DNA of 64,000 nucleotides from Vicugna vicugna. Its lineage: Eukaryota. Below, piece by piece: positions 24,541 to 38,672 of the stretch. Below the pieces are notes generated by a model, which did not search any database, had not been told where the DNA came from, and worked only from the letters and a program-made list of their open reading frames with translations. The translations under genes were made by a program, and so were the position numbers. Position 1 is the first letter of the stretch; every line of letters begins with the position of its first letter. Where the stretch lies: contig MU058290.1 in the NCBI GenBank assembly GCA_013265495.1, positions 372,001-436,000 on the forward strand, given 5' to 3'.

Positions 24541-25467
24541 TCATTGTATTCTCAGGACTTTCTTCAGTGCAGCCTTCATCTCCTTGTTCCGTAAGCTGTA
24601 AATCAGGGGGTTTAAGAAGGGAGTCACCACAGAGTAGAACAAAGTCATGATCTTCTGAATTTCAGCTGGGTTATCAGCTGTAGGGCTCACATACATTGCC
24701 AAAAGAGCCCCAAAGAATAAGCACACCACTGTCAGATGTGATCCGCACGTGGAAAAGGCCTTCTGCCGGCCAGCTGCTGAAGGGACTTTTAACACAGTTA
24801 TCAGTAAAACAGTATAGGAGCCGAGGATATACAGAAGAGTTAGGATGATAATGAGGGAGCTCAGGACATAGAAGACAGTCTCAGTGACAGGAGCTGGGGC
24901 ACAGGACAGAGCCATTAGTGGGTCCATATCACACAGAAAGTGATCGATGGTGTTGGGCCCACAGAAGGGCAATTGAGAGAGCTGCACGGTGGAGACAGAG
25001 TAACTAAGGAACCCAAACACCCAGCAAAGAGACATCAAGATAGAGCAGAGTCGTTGGGTCATGATGGTTGGGTAGTGCAGTGGGCGGCAGATAGCAAGGT
25101 ACCGATCATATGCCATGATGCAGAGGAAATATGCCTCAGTTGTACCAAGGGAAGTAAAAAAATATAACTGGAGGAAACAGCCAACAAAAGAGATGGTTTT
25201 TGTCTCTGAGAGGAAATCAATTAGCATACTAGGCACAGTGGAGGTAATGTAACAGGTTTCAAGGAAAGCAAAATTCCCTAGGAGAATATACATTGGGGTG
25301 TGGAGCCGTTGGTCCCACCTCACAGCACAAACAATGGTTCCATTGCCCATCATGGTAAATACATAGACCCCAAAGAACAGTGAAAAGAGGAAACGTTGCA
25401 ACTCCTGACAACCAGGGAAGCCTAGGAGGACAAACTCAGTCACAGTGCTCGCTGCTGAATTGTTCAT
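24541..25467 (-). CDS. Olfactory receptor 11H-subfamily member, probably the OR11H5 orthologue (308 aa, intact)
   Basis: OR motifs are intact. Start placed at MNNSAASTVTEF (ATG 25467), just after the acceptor tcttccctgcAG (25480-25479). Its position between OR11H6 and OR11G matches my recollection of human OR11H5P. Confidence 0.9.
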   Translation of the reverse strand: MNNSAASTVTEFVLLGFPGCQELQRFLFSLFFGVYVFTMMGNGTIVCAVRWDQRLHTPMYILLGNFAFLETCYITSTVPSMLIDFLSETKTISFVGCFLQLYFFTSLGTTEAYFLCIMAYDRYLAICRPLHYPTIMTQRLCSILMSLCWVFGFLSYSVSTVQLSQLPFCGPNTIDHFLCDMDPLMALSCAPAPVTETVFYVLSSLIIILTLLYILGSYTVLLITVLKVPSAAGRQKAFSTCGSHLTVVCLFFGALLAMYVSPTADNPAEIQKIMTLFYSVVTPFLNPLIYSLRNKEMKAALKKVLRIQ

Positions 25468-26799
25468 GAATCCCAGGGCTGCAGGGAAGACAGAAAACAC
25501 CATTATATGTTTTCTTTCTGGAAACATTTGTGGGAAACCTGTTCAAGGTACATATGTTGGCTATTTGGCAGTTAGTTTGGAATAACCCTTGCATTAACTC
25601 GTAGCTCTTACTTAAAAGCCACCAACCAACAATCCTAGTGATCCCAGATTTCAATTTAGTTGGGTTAATAACAATAGAATCTTTACATTACTTGGATTTT
25701 CTTTATCAATGGATTAGGGTAAAAAAATCTCTTTTCTATGAAATTTTGGTAACTCAGAAGCACTACCCTCTGTGAAAAGCAGAAAAGTGATTATTTGTAT
25801 TCCTTTTCCCCACTCATTGTTAATTATTTCTAATAGTACAGGGTTTAGTCTGAGTTAAGTTTTTAGCCAAGAATTAGGAGTAGAATTATTATTTTTTGAC
25901 ATCTCTCCCCAAGTAGAAGGCAGTTGACATAGTTCTCAGATTCTCTAGAGCTGTGAATGTCCATTTTGCACTCTGAGCTGTTCACATCAGAATAGTTTTC
26001 TCTCATAACTTATCAGGGAATTATAAGTCTCAGCATAGAAACCCAAAGTAGAGATCATAGTAAAATTTTTCTGGAGAGTACAGAATTAATCGTTAGCTTA
26101 GAATGTTCTTGAATTGACTTGACTTTATGCTTGTATTTTAAACTCCTCTCATTTGTCATTTTGAATCTCTGCTACACTAAACAAATACAGTGTTTAAAAT
26201 CATTTTGCCACGAGTATCTCATTTAAATTAACAGTTTGTTTCAAAATATATGGTTCAGCTACTTAAAAAGGTTCATTCTTATGTTGTTCACATATCACAG
26301 TTGACTGTGATCCCATCTACCGACCGCCAGGAAACTCAGAATCTTAATAAGCTTGGAAAGGTCATTTATCAAAAAAATAGAGAAACAAACATAACATCAC
26401 TTTAAAAAATGTTGCAAAAGATCAGTTCTTTTTGAACACAAATGATATTTTATTTTCTTTCATTTTGGTTTTACACAAGACATGTAAAATATTTTCAATA
26501 AGCCTTCTCCAAATGCAAGGATATTTTTAACATAGTTATTCAGTAAAACACTTCAAATAATCTAAGTAGTTTATGTGTTGTTACTTCAGTCTATTAATTT
26601 TTATTAAATTAATTATTTAAATATACAAATTATTAAAGTATTAATAAAAACTTACTTTATCAAAATACAGTTTATTTCCAAGTTAGAAATACTTTAAAAA
26701 TAACTAGAACATGAAAAATGTAGAAACAGACCAAAAAATTCAGCTTCTCAGAGTAAACAAATTTTAACTCTTTGGAGAATTGCACTCCTCTCTTCTTTA

Positions 26800-27280
26800 G
26801 AATGTTTCAAGTGTACAGCACAGTGATTTTTTTTTTTTCAGATTATATTTCTTTATAGGTTATTACAAAACATTTGGTATAATTCCCTGTGCTATATAAT
26901 AAATTCTTGTTGCTTATTTATTTTATCTATAGTAATTTGTATGTGTTAATCCCATACTTCTAATTTGTCTTGTCCCTCTCCCCTTTGGTAACCATAAGTT
27001 TGTTTTCTGTGTCTGTGAGTCTGTTTCTGTTTTGTATATAGATTCATTTGTATTACTTTTTAGATTCCACATATAAATGATATCATTATGCTTGTCTTTC
27101 TCTGTCTGATTTATCTCACTAAGCATATATTCTCTAGGTCCATTCACATTGCTGCAGATGACAATATTTCATTCTTTTTTGTGGCTGAGTAACATTCCAT
27201 TGTGTATATATATGTGTGTGTGTGTGTATATATATATCACATCTTCTTAAGCCAATCATCTATTGATGGGCACTTGTACA
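26800..27280 (-). mobile_element. L1 3' end fragment
   Basis: Same L1 3'UTR type as at 15.1-15.5 kb (tttggtaaccataagtttgttttctgtgtctgtgagtctg). Confidence 0.85.
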
Positions 27281-29419
27281 AGCTTTTTTTTAACCTAATA
27301 TATTTTAGTTTTTTTTCCATGTCAAAAATACAGCTCTGCTTTGTCAATTCAGTGGCTGTATTGTTTTCTATAGGTTTAATCAACTTCCTAGTGATAGATT
27401 TTGATTGTTATCAGTGTTTTGTATTGTAGTAAGTACAATAATTAATATTCTTGAGCATATATCTCAATATACTTGACCCATAAAGTGAGGTTATGATTTA
27501 AACAATTAATTAGCCTAATCAATAGTGTCCTAGTTTTTGATGATGAAGATTTTTAGATATTCTTTTGATACCCATAATTTACTGAGGTCAGCAAAGCAAA
27601 ATGCTATATATAAGAAAAATTTCTGCTCAACATTTCAATAGCACATTATACTTATTCCTACTAAAGCATGCGCCATAATGACTAAATCATGTGTTTATGT
27701 GTTTCCCTCTAGACTGAAAGCTTTTATAATTCATAAATGGTGTTAAATTTATCTTTGTATTCTCAATTGACTGATTTTCTCATGCTTAGTAGGCATTAGT
27801 TCAATGAATTAATGATTGAATGAATTTTGGTCTTGTCAATTCTGTCACTGAAAAGGTAATCTACTGAATTTATGAACATCATCATCACCAAGCCTCCAAT
27901 CTGAACATTACTAGGCAGTGTCTTTTGTAACTGACCAAACTTATAGCAAACCTGTGGTCTACTAATCTCACCTTACCTCATTTATATCCCTGTCATGTGT
28001 GAGTGTCCATTCTAAACATAAGCCTCCCTAGTCATTTATCCTCTTTTATATTTTCAAATCTATAATCACCATTCTTCTCAGTACTTCTCCTTATTCTATC
28101 TTTTCCTTCATAATGACTTCCTTCCCATTTAGTATTCACATCTTGGTGAATGGTACTACTCTCTGTTCACTAATCCATTTAGCATTTGCTAAAGACAGAA
28201 ACTTGAGTCACTCAAGGCACTTTCCAATTCTGTCACCTCCCATATGCAATCAGTCACCAAATCCTGTTGATTTTCCCTCCCAAATGTTTTTAAAATCTGT
28301 TCTGGACACATAGGAGATGGATGTAAATGATTTGTTTGTTTGGTTGGTCTAGTAGTGGGGTGGAGCAGCTGTACATACAACCTAGAAAGAAAAATGGACC
28401 TCTTTAGGAAGGACTGAGAACATCATTTTAGTATGAAAGTACATGGATTGGTGAGGAAGGAAGAGAACACTCACTCTTCAATCTATGTGATGACATACCA
28501 CATTTGGATCAGGTACACAACTGATTGACGCAATCCAGAAATACTTAACTCAGTAGTGCTGTCATGTCATTGTACTTGAAGATAAATGACAACATCACAT
28601 TGATTTGGATTTAAATACTGTATGGCATACTGTGGGCTCTTGGGGAAATTAACACCTATTTTTCAGAGGTCTTGTGAAAATACTATTGAATATATATAAT
28701 GAGTACAGTTCCTAGAATTTACTAGGACCTGAAAACATTCATAGCTGTTGCTGTTAATACTACTAACAAATATAGTTACAAATTAACTAGGATAAATTCT
28801 TTAGCATAATTGTTTAAAAACCTAAATAATTAAAATTCACTCAGTTCCAATGTATTGCACATCAGAGCTACAAACAACTCTCTTTGGTTGCTCAGATTTA
28901 TTTTACTGACTTCCTTGTATGTTCTGGCACTTAAAAGCATACAATTTGGTCTGATATAAAGGAAGAAGATATTAAAACATAGTAATGTTAATAATTCAAG
29001 AAGCAAAAAATCAGTAACTAAAGGAAGTGTGCTACATTACCTGTGATGTGCATAAGAGTAAGTGGGAATAAGTTATATTTAATTGGGGGCACTGTAGAAA
29101 ATCAGAGTACAACACTAAAAAGTCTTCTTATACCAAATTATATAATTTATCAGATTTTTGAATATCGAGGCATCCCTTTGTGAATCATCAGGCAAGAAAG
29201 TTTCAAGGATTGTTAAACTGAGGGAGATGAGTCACTGGGCACCGGAGTCAACAGTTCATGTTAAATACCATGTTACCAGTGCGTGAAACTACCTGTCCAG
29301 AAACATAAGAGCCACAACAGTTTGCAAAAATATATTAATATTAAAATAGGATTCCACTGGAGCTAGTATCCATTTGTAGATGTCTCAGAAAAAAATACAG
29401 CAATGTCTAGACAGGGAGA

Positions 29420-30270
29420 AAAGTTACTTACCATTCATGATAGAGGACAAAGCGGGAAATAAGTACTGAGTCTTTATCTTCACACTGATGCTTCTCTTGC
29501 CTTTACATGGAATCAAAACCCAAGGGTGTGACCCTGAGCATCCTGGGATATACAAAGTTAAATGCCGAAACTTACTTTTTTTCCCTTCCTGAAGTGCTCA
29601 AAAGAAACAGAACTACAGGGTACTTCTGTTGGGTGATACAACAGCCAGTGAAAAGAAGCACAGCTCTAAAATCAGTCTTTGAAGTGTGGGCCTCATTTGA
29701 CATACTGGTATTTTCATCAAGAGCTACATAAGCGACATCAGTCACCCCAAGACACCCAGGTCTTTCGCATGTCTCACCCAGAAGAGAAAATTCAACAGGT
29801 GAGTTTTATATGTTGGTTACTTTTGCTGTAGAGTTGTTGAAAGAAATGGGTATGAACCACATGAGATTTCAAAAAGGGGCTGCAGGTGAATGAAGGGGAA
29901 AAGAGCACTGTTGAGACTCTCAAAGGTGCAATTAAAGTTTCATGAGGTTATTGTGAGGTCTTCACACTCCTCTTGGTCTGGCTTATGACTCCCTCAAGAC
30001 TTCCAGGTGTAACATCCTTTCTTTATCCATAATTTTCAAATAGTTTAGATTAAATTGGCTCCCAGAGTGAAGGCGGAAATAATGTTTTAAAGGCAATGGC
30101 AAGCTGTCTATGTGGGATTTCCAGATAATTTCTTTTTGTTTTCAGGAAAAGTCTACTGGGAAATCAGAGAATGTTCACAATGTGCATTGTTTATACTCTC
30201 TGGGAGTATGTTTTCTTCACACACTTGACAACTGTAAATTTTTGTTTCCAGTCCTTAATTACTGATAGAC
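29420..30270 (-). promoter_or_regulatory. Possible 5' exon/promoter region of the OR11H5-like gene
   Basis: Strong minus-strand donor ATG|GTAAGT at ~29426-29434. O/E-like TCCCAGAGAG on - at ~30196-30205 and TAATTA at ~30256. Unique sequence lying directly before a large L1 block. Confidence 0.3.
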
Positions 30271-33200
30271 TATTAATTTTCCATTTGTCCTGTATGTTCT
30301 TTGTTCCCTTATTTCCCCTTTCTTGTTTTTTCTTTATTATTCAGATATTTTTTATTATCTTATTTTCTTTTATTACCTTTTTTAATGGTTTTAAGTTTTC
30401 TTATTGTGGTAAAAAATATATGACATAAAATGACCATTTTAAGTGTACAGTTCTGGAACATTAAGTATATTCACATTGTTGTGGAACCATCACCACCATC
30501 CATTTTCAGAACTTTTTTATCTTCCCAAACTGAAATTCCATAACTATTAAACAATAACTTCCCATTCTACTCTCCCCTAGCCCCTGGCCATGACTTCTAC
30601 TTTCTGTCTCTGAATTTTTACTACTTTAGGAAACATATAAGTGGAATCAGACAAAATTTGTCCTCTGTGACTGGCTTATTTCACCTAGCAAGGTTTATTT
30701 ATGTTGTAGCATGTGTCAGAATTTCCTTCCTTTTTAAGGATGAATAATATTCCATTGTGTATACAGCATTTTGTTTATCCATTCATCTGTTGAAGAATAC
30801 TTTAGTTGCTTCCACCTTTTGACTATTGTGAATAATGCTGCTATGAACATGGATGTACAAATAGCTATTTGATTCCCTGCATTCAGTTCTTTTGGCTATA
30901 TACCCAGAAGTGGAATTGCTGGATTATATGGTAATTCTATGGTTTTTAGGAACTGCCATACCATTTCCCACAGAGACTGAACCATTTAACATTCCTGCCA
31001 GCAATGTGCAAGTGCTTCAATTTCTCGACATCTTCTCCACTTCTTACTTTCTGTTTGTTTGTTGGTTTTTGATAATAGCCATTGTAATGAGTGTGAAATG
31101 GTATCTATCTCATTGTAGTTTTGATTTGTATTTCTCTAATGATTAGTGATGTTGAGCATCTTTTCATCTGCTTATTGGTCATTTGTCTATTTTCTTTGTA
31201 GAATAAGTCCTTTTCTCTATTCAAGTCTTTTGCCCATTTTTAAATTTGTTGTTGTTGTTGAGTTATAGGAGTTCTTTGTGTATTTTGGATACCTATCCCT
31301 TTTTAGATATGTAATTTGCAAATATTTTCTACCATTCCATGCATTGCCTTTTCATTCTGTTGGTAGTGTCCTTTAATGCACAAATGTTTTAAATTCTAAT
31401 GTAGTCCAATTTATCTATTTTTCTTTTGCTGCTTGTGCTTTTTGTGCCATATCCAAAAACTTATTGCCAAATGCAATGTTATGTAGCTTTCCCCATATGT
31501 TTATTCTAAGAGTTTTATAGTGTTGGGGCTTATGTTTATGTCTTTGATTTATTTTGAATTAATTTTTGAATATAGTATAAGGTAAAGATCCAATCTCATT
31601 ATTTTGCATTTGGATATCCAGGTTTCCTAGCAACATTTCTTGAAAAGACTGTCTTTCTTCCATTGAATGGTGTTGGCACCCTTGTCAAAAATCATTTGAC
31701 CAAAACGGGAAGGGTTGGGGAGGGGTGCATTTTTTTCTATTTCTTTTTCTATTTCTGCAAAAAAATCATTGGAATTTGATAGGGATTTCATTGACTCTGT
31801 AAGTCACATTGGGTAGTATTGATATCTTAATAACATGAAGTCTTGCAGTTCACAAATGTGATCTCTCTTTCCATTTATTTGTGTTTCTTTAATTTTTTTC
31901 AGCAACATTTTATAGTTTTCAGTGTAGAAGTCTTTTGCCTCTTTGGTTAAATTTATTCCTAAGTATTGTATTCTTTTTTGATGCTATTATAAATTAAATT
32001 GTTCTCTTAATTTCCTTTTTGGGTTGTTCATAAAAATGCAACTTATTTTTGTTTGTTGATTTTGTATCCTGTAACTTTGCTGAATTTGTTTTTAAGTTCT
32101 AATAGTTGTGTATGTGTGTGTGTGTGTGTGTGTGTGATCTTTAGGGTTTTCTACATATAAGATTACATCATCTGTGAACAGAGATAATTTTATTTCTTTC
32201 TTTCCAATTTGGATACCTTTTATTCCCTTTTCTTGCCTAGTTTCTTTGCCTAGATCTTCAATAATATGTTAAATAGAATTTGGTGAAACTACATACTCTT
32301 GTCTTGTTCCTGATCTCAGAGGAAAAGCTTTCAGTTTTTTTAAAAATCATTGAATATGATGTTCACTGTGGGTTTTTCATATGTGACTTTTCTTATGTTG
32401 AGGTAGTTTTCTTCTGTCCCTCGTTTGTTGAGTGTTTCTGTCACAAAGGGTGTTGAATTGTGTCAAATACCTTTTGTGCATCATTTGAGATGATCATATG
32501 GTTTTTCTTTCATTCTGCCAATGTGGTGTATTACATTGATTGAATTTCATATGTTGAAACTTGCAGGAATAAATCCCACTTGGTCATGGTGTATAAGCCT
32601 TTTAATATGCTGTTGAATTTGATTTGCTATTTTTTGAAGATTTTTTCTTTCTTTTTTCACAAAAGATACTGGTTTGTAGTTATCATTTCTTGTAGTGTCT
32701 GGCTATAAAGCTTTGTGTGGCTTTGATATCAGAGTAATGTTGGCCTCATAAGATGAAGTAGAAAGTGTTCCCTCTTCAATTTTTTTCAGAAGTTTGAGAA
32801 TTATTGTTAATTCTTTAAATGTTTGGAAGAGTTCATCAGTGACGCCATCTGGATCTGAGTTTTTCTTTTTTAGGAGGTTTCTGATGACTGATGTAATATC
32901 CTTACTGGTTATAGGTCTATTTGGATTTTCTATTTCTTCATTATTTATCTTGGTAGATTGCGTATTTCTAGAGAGTTACCCATTTCATCCAGGGTAATCA
33001 TTTTTTTTAATGGACAGTTGTTCATTGTACTCTCTCTGAAACATCAGCTCTAAAGCCTCCATTTTATGAATTATTTGAGTTTTGTCTCTTTTTGCTTAGT
33101 CTAGCTAAAGGTTCATCAGTTATGTTGATTTTTTTCAAAATCCCAACTCTTGATTTCATTTATTTTTCTGTTGATTTTCTATTCACTATTTTATTTATCA

Positions 33201-33317
33201 CTCTTCTAATCTTTATGATTTTCTTCATTTTGCTAGCTTTGAGTTCAGTTTCTTCTTTTCTTCTAGTTCTTTAAGGTGTAAAGTTAGGTTTTTAACTTGA
33301 GATCTTTCTTCTTTTTT

Positions 33318-36300
33318 GTTTGTGCTACTGCTTATTTTGATTTTATTTTAAAAATTTAATTTTTTCAGGATTTTTTTAATTGAATAAATTTGACATGTAA
33401 CATTGTATAAGTTGAAGGTGTGCAATATATTACTTTGATGCATGTATATATTGTAATATGATTGCTAATATAGCAACAGTAGAAAGATATTTTCTATTAT
33501 CATTATACTGTACATTAGATCTTAATGCCTTACTTGCTACTTCTTACAAGTTTGTACCCTTAAATACCATCACTTTTATCCTTTCCACTCCCCATCCTCT
33601 GGTAACCACCATTTTACTGTTTTTTTTTCTTTCAATAGGTTTTAACTTTTTTAGGTTCCACATATAAGTAATGTCATACAGTATTTGTCTTTGTCTGACT
33701 TATCTTGCTTGACATAATGTGCTCAAGGTTCATCCATGTTGTTGCAATTTGAGGATATCTCCCTTTCTCATGGCTGAATGTGAAAGTCTGTTGTGCATAT
33801 GTACAACATCTTTTTCATCCATTCATCCTTTGATGGGCATTTGGATTGTTTCTATATTTTGGCTGTTGTGAATAATGCTGTGATAAACACAGGAGTGCAT
33901 ATATCTTGTTGAAATCTTGTTTTCATTTCCTTTGAGTATATACCCAGAAGTGGAATTGCTGGATAATATGATAGATCTATTTTTAATTTTCTGAGGAACC
34001 TGTATATTGTTTTCCATAGTGGTTGGGCCAATTTACATTCCCACCAACAATGTGTAAGACTTCCCCTTTCACCCATCTTCGCCAGCACCTGTTGTCTCTT
34101 GCCTTCATGATGATGGCCATTCTAACAGGTGTGAGGTGGTATCTCACTGTGGTTTTGATTTACATTTCTCTGATGATTAGTGATGTTGAGCATCTTTTCA
34201 TGTGCCTGTTGGCCATTCTGATATCCTTTTTGGAGAAATGTCTGTTTAGTTGTTCTGTCCATTTTTTAATCAGATTAGTTTTTTGTTATCAAGTTGACTG
34301 TGTTCTTTATATATTTTCGATATCAACCCCTTATCTGATAGATGGTTTGAAAATTTTTCTCCCATTCTATAAGTTGTCTTTTCATTTTGTTAATTGCTTC
34401 TTTTGCTGTGAAGAAGCTTTTCATTTGGATGCAGTTCCATTTGTTTGATTTTTTCTTTTGTTTGTGCTTTTGGTGTCATGCTCAAAAATATTATAGCCAC
34501 AACCAATACTGATGAGCTTCTTCCCTACATTTTCTTCTAAAAGTTTTATAGTATTAGGCCTATGTTTAAGTACTTGATACATTTTGAGTTAATTTTGTGA
34601 GTGGTATGAGTATGGATCCAATTTCATTATTTATTATATGTTTCTCCAGTTTTCCCAGCATCATTTATTGAAGAGACTATTCTTTCCTCATTGGGTATTC
34701 TTGGCTTTCTTATCAAATGATAGTTGACTGTATATACTGTTATTTAATTCTAGGTTCTCTATTCTGTTCCATTGATCAATGTATCTTTTATGCTAGTATT
34801 ACACTTTTTATTACAACAGCTTTGAGGCATAGTTTGAAATCTGGAAGCATGATACCTTTAACTTTGTTCTTTTTTCTCAGGATTGTTTAGGATCTTTTGT
34901 GCTCCCAAATGAATTTTAGGATTGTTTTCACTTTTTCTGTGAAGAATGTTTTTGATATCTTAATGAGGATTGTGTTGAATCTGTAGATGACTTTGGGTAG
35001 TATGGGCATTTTAACAATATTAATTCTTCTGATCCATGGACATGGTATGTCTTTCCATTAATTTGTGTCTTCTTTGATTTCTTTCAGCAAAGTTTTATAG
35101 TTTTCATACTACAGAACTTTCACCTTCTTGGTTAAATTTATTCCTAGGTATTTTGTTGTTTTTAATGCTATTGTGAATAGGATGGGTTTCTTTATTTCTT
35201 TTTCAGATACTGCATCATTAATGTAAAGGAATGAAATTGATTTCTGTATGTTGATTTTGTATCCTGCCACTTTACTGAAATTATTGGTTAATTCTAATAG
35301 TTTTTTTGACTGATTCTTTGGGATTTTCTATGTATAGGATTATATCATCAACAAATAATGAAAATCTTATTTCTTCCTTCCTGACTTGGATGCCTTTTAT
35401 TTCTTTTTTTTTATTGAAGTATAGTCAGTTTACAATGTTGTGTTAATTTCTGGTGTATAGCATAGTGATTCAGTTATATATCTATATCTATATCACTTTT
35501 TCATATTCTTTTTCATTATAGGCTATTATAGGATATTGAATATAGTTCCCTGTGCTATACAGTAGGAACTTCTTGTTTATCCATGCATGTATAGTAGTTA
35601 GTATCTGCAAATCCCAAACTCCCGGTTTATCTGTGCCCCCCTCCTTCCTCTCTGGTAACCACAAGTTTGTTTTTTATGTATGTGTCTGTTTCTGTTTTGT
35701 AAATAAGTTAATTTGTGTTTTTTTTTTTTAGATTCCACATATAAGTGATATCATATGGTACTTTTCTCTCTCTTTCTGACTTACTTCACTTAGTATGACA
35801 ATCTCCAGATCCATCTGTATTGCTGCAAATGGTGGATGCTTTTTTTCTCCTTGTCTTCCCTAGTTGTTGTAGCTAGGACTTCCAGTACTGTATTGAATAA
35901 GATTGGGGACTGTGACCATCTTTGCCCTGTTCCTCCAGTGAGTAAAATGTTATCTGTGGGTTTGTTCTATATGATCTTTATTATGTTGAGGTATGTACCT
36001 TCTAAATCCAGTTTGTTAAGGGTTTTATTATGAAAGGATGATGTATTTTGTTTAAGATTTTTCTGTGTCTTTTGAGATAATCATGTGGTTTATTTTTCAT
36101 TTTATGATGTGATGTATTACATTTATTGATTTGTGTATGTTGAACCATCATTGATTGCATCCTAGGGATCAATCCCACTTGGTCATGGTATAAAGTCCTT
36201 TTAATGTGTGCTTGAATTCTCTTTGCTAGTATTTTGTTGAGTTTAAAAGAATTCCCTCCTCCTTGATATTTTGCAAGAATCTGAGGAGGATTGGTATTAA

Positions 36301-37009
36301 TTCTTATTTTGGTAGAATTCTCCATGAAGCCATCAGGTCCTGGAGTTTTCTGTGTAAGGAGTTTTTTGATTACTGATTCATTCTCTTTACTTGTTATTTG
36401 TCTGTTCTGATTTGCTATTTCTTTCTGATTCTGTTTGGGGAGGTTGTGTGTTTCTAAAATGTATTAATTTTTCTAGGTTGTGGAATTTGTTGGTACATAA
36501 TTGTTCATAGTAGTCTCATGGTCCTTTGTTATTCTATACTATTAGTTGTAATGTAGTGTCTCTTCTTTTATTTCTTATTTTATTATTCTCTTTTTTCTTA
36601 TTCTACCTAAAAGTTTGTCAACTTTATTTTTTCAAAGAACCAGCTCTTAGATTCGATCCTTTCTATTATTTTTCTGGTGTCTATTTCATTTATTTCTACT
36701 CTGATTCTTATTATTTCCTTCCTTCTGCTAATTTTGGGCTTAGTTTGTTCTTCTTTTTCCAGTTCCTTGATGTGTAAAGTTAGGTTATTTGAGATCTTTC
36801 TAATTTTTAATATATGACTTTATTGCTATAAACTTTCCTCTCAGAACTGATTTTACTGCATCCTACAATATTTAATAAGTTGTATTTTCATTTTCATTTG
36901 TTTTGGGATAGTTTTTTTCCTTTTTATTTTTCCTTTGACCAAATGGTTGTTTAGAAGTGTATTATTTAGTCTCCACTTATTTTTATATCTTGTCACTCTC
37001 CTCATTGTT
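33318..37009 (-). mobile_element. LINE-1 nested in the older L1
   Basis: Exact 17-bp TSD gatctttcttctttttt at 33301-33317 and 37010-37026. ORF2 remnants such as [15 protein letters not shown]. Confidence 0.85.
35403..35833 (-). mobile_element. Younger L1 3' end nested in the second L1
   Basis: Poly-T, then L1 3'UTR. Imperfect TSD ggatgc(c)tttt(a/t)tttct at ~35388 and ~35834. Confidence 0.8.
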
Positions 37010-38137
37010 GATCTTTCTTCTTTTTTAATGTAAAGCTTTACAGTTATAAATTTCCCTGTTAGCACTGCTTTCTTTGCATTCTGTAAGTTTTGATTTGTTG
37101 TGTTTTTATTTTCATTTTTTTCAATTTTCTTTTTATAATTTCCCTTGCAATTTTTTTCTTTGACCCCTTGGTTGTTTAAGAGTGTGCTGTTTACTTTCCG
37201 CTTATTTGTGGACTTTCAGTTTTCCTTCTGCTATTGATTTCTAGTTTCATTACATTATAATTGGGAAATATATGTTTGATTTCAGTTTTTCAAAATTTTT
37301 GGAGACTGTTTTGTGGCCTAATATATTGTCTATCCTGGAGAATTAAAATACTTTGAAATTTTGTTAGAACCATGGGATTGTGCATATGTGTATATGTGTT
37401 TATGTGTGCATATGTATGTGGGTCCATTCATGAGAGATGAAGGGAAGGGGATGGCAGAGTCTTTAGTAGAAAGTTAAATACCTTTGAACCAAAAGGAGAA
37501 TATATTGCAAGCAATATGTTGGGGATTGGAGAAAATGTTATGTGTAAATGCACGCAATAGCTGAACCATAGCCACAAACTTCCAGGGATGCTACATTTTT
37601 GTTTTTTCTTCTGAGTGGTGTTAGGTTTAGTTCTGGCTCATACTTACTTGAGGATGAAGACCACTGAGGGCTCCAACTTCATGGAAGTCCTGAGTGCCTA
37701 TCTATATCTGTCTAGCCAGACACTGCCATGAGGTATAAGGATGTGAACTGTAGGCAAGTGCTCTCTGAACATGAATAACTTTAGTGCTCACCACTTAGAC
37801 TTTCATAAAAAAAGTTTCCCATTATCCCATTATCTCTTCAGATTCATTTTTTAAGAGTTCTATTTATTTATTTTTAAGTTTAGTGTTTTTCTTTATTCTT
37901 AGCAGGATAGTAAGTTCACGTAACCCAGCTTTCTATTACTAAAATCTGTGTTTATTTAAAATTTTAAAGTAATATTTTAGTTTGGACTTTATATTATGTT
38001 TTATTATCATACTTATTTTGTTTTGGGGAACTTATCAATAATCTCTAAGCATGACTAACTATATGGTAGCTTACAGAGTGTTTCTAGAAGCAGTTTTATT
38101 CTGTAATGTGAGGTGCACTTGCAAAAAGACAATGTCT

Positions 38138-38672
38138 TACAATAGCCAAGACATGAAAACAACCTAAATGTCCATCAACAGATGACTAGATAGATGAGTT
38201 GTGATATATTTATACAATGGAACACTGCTTAGCCATAAAAATATATAATGCCATTTGCAGCCACATGGATGGACTTGGAGATTGTCATTCTAAGTGAAGT
38301 AAGCCAGAAAGAGAAAGAAAAATACCATATCACCCATATGTGGAATCTAAAAGACAAAAGACACAAACGAACTTATTTACAAAACAGAAACAGACTCACA
38401 GACATAGAAAACAAACTTACGGTTACCAGGGAGAAAGGGGTGGGAAGGATTAAATACGAGTTTAAGATTTGCAGGTAATAACTACTATATATAAAATAGA
38501 TAAACAAGTTTCTTCTGTGTAGCACAGGGAACTATATTCAATATCTTGTAATAGCCTATAATGGAAAAGAACCTGAAAAAGAATATATGTATACATAACT
38601 GAACTACTTTGCTGCACACCTGAAATTAACACATTATAAATTAACTATACTTCAATAAAAAATGGTTAAAAA
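38138..38672 (+). mobile_element. 5'-truncated L1 3' end, ~210 bp past the OR11G copy 1 stop
   Basis: Encodes [26 protein letters not shown] (L1 ORF2 end). 3'UTR ends with aataaaaaatggttaaaaaa. Confidence 0.9.

Larger units (their letters stand above)
30380..37345 (-). mobile_element. Old LINE-1, outer element of a three-level nest
   Basis: Antisense L1 3'UTR and ORF2 at 30.4-33.3 kb. The sequence resumes in register at 37.03 kb after the nested element. Confidence 0.8.
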
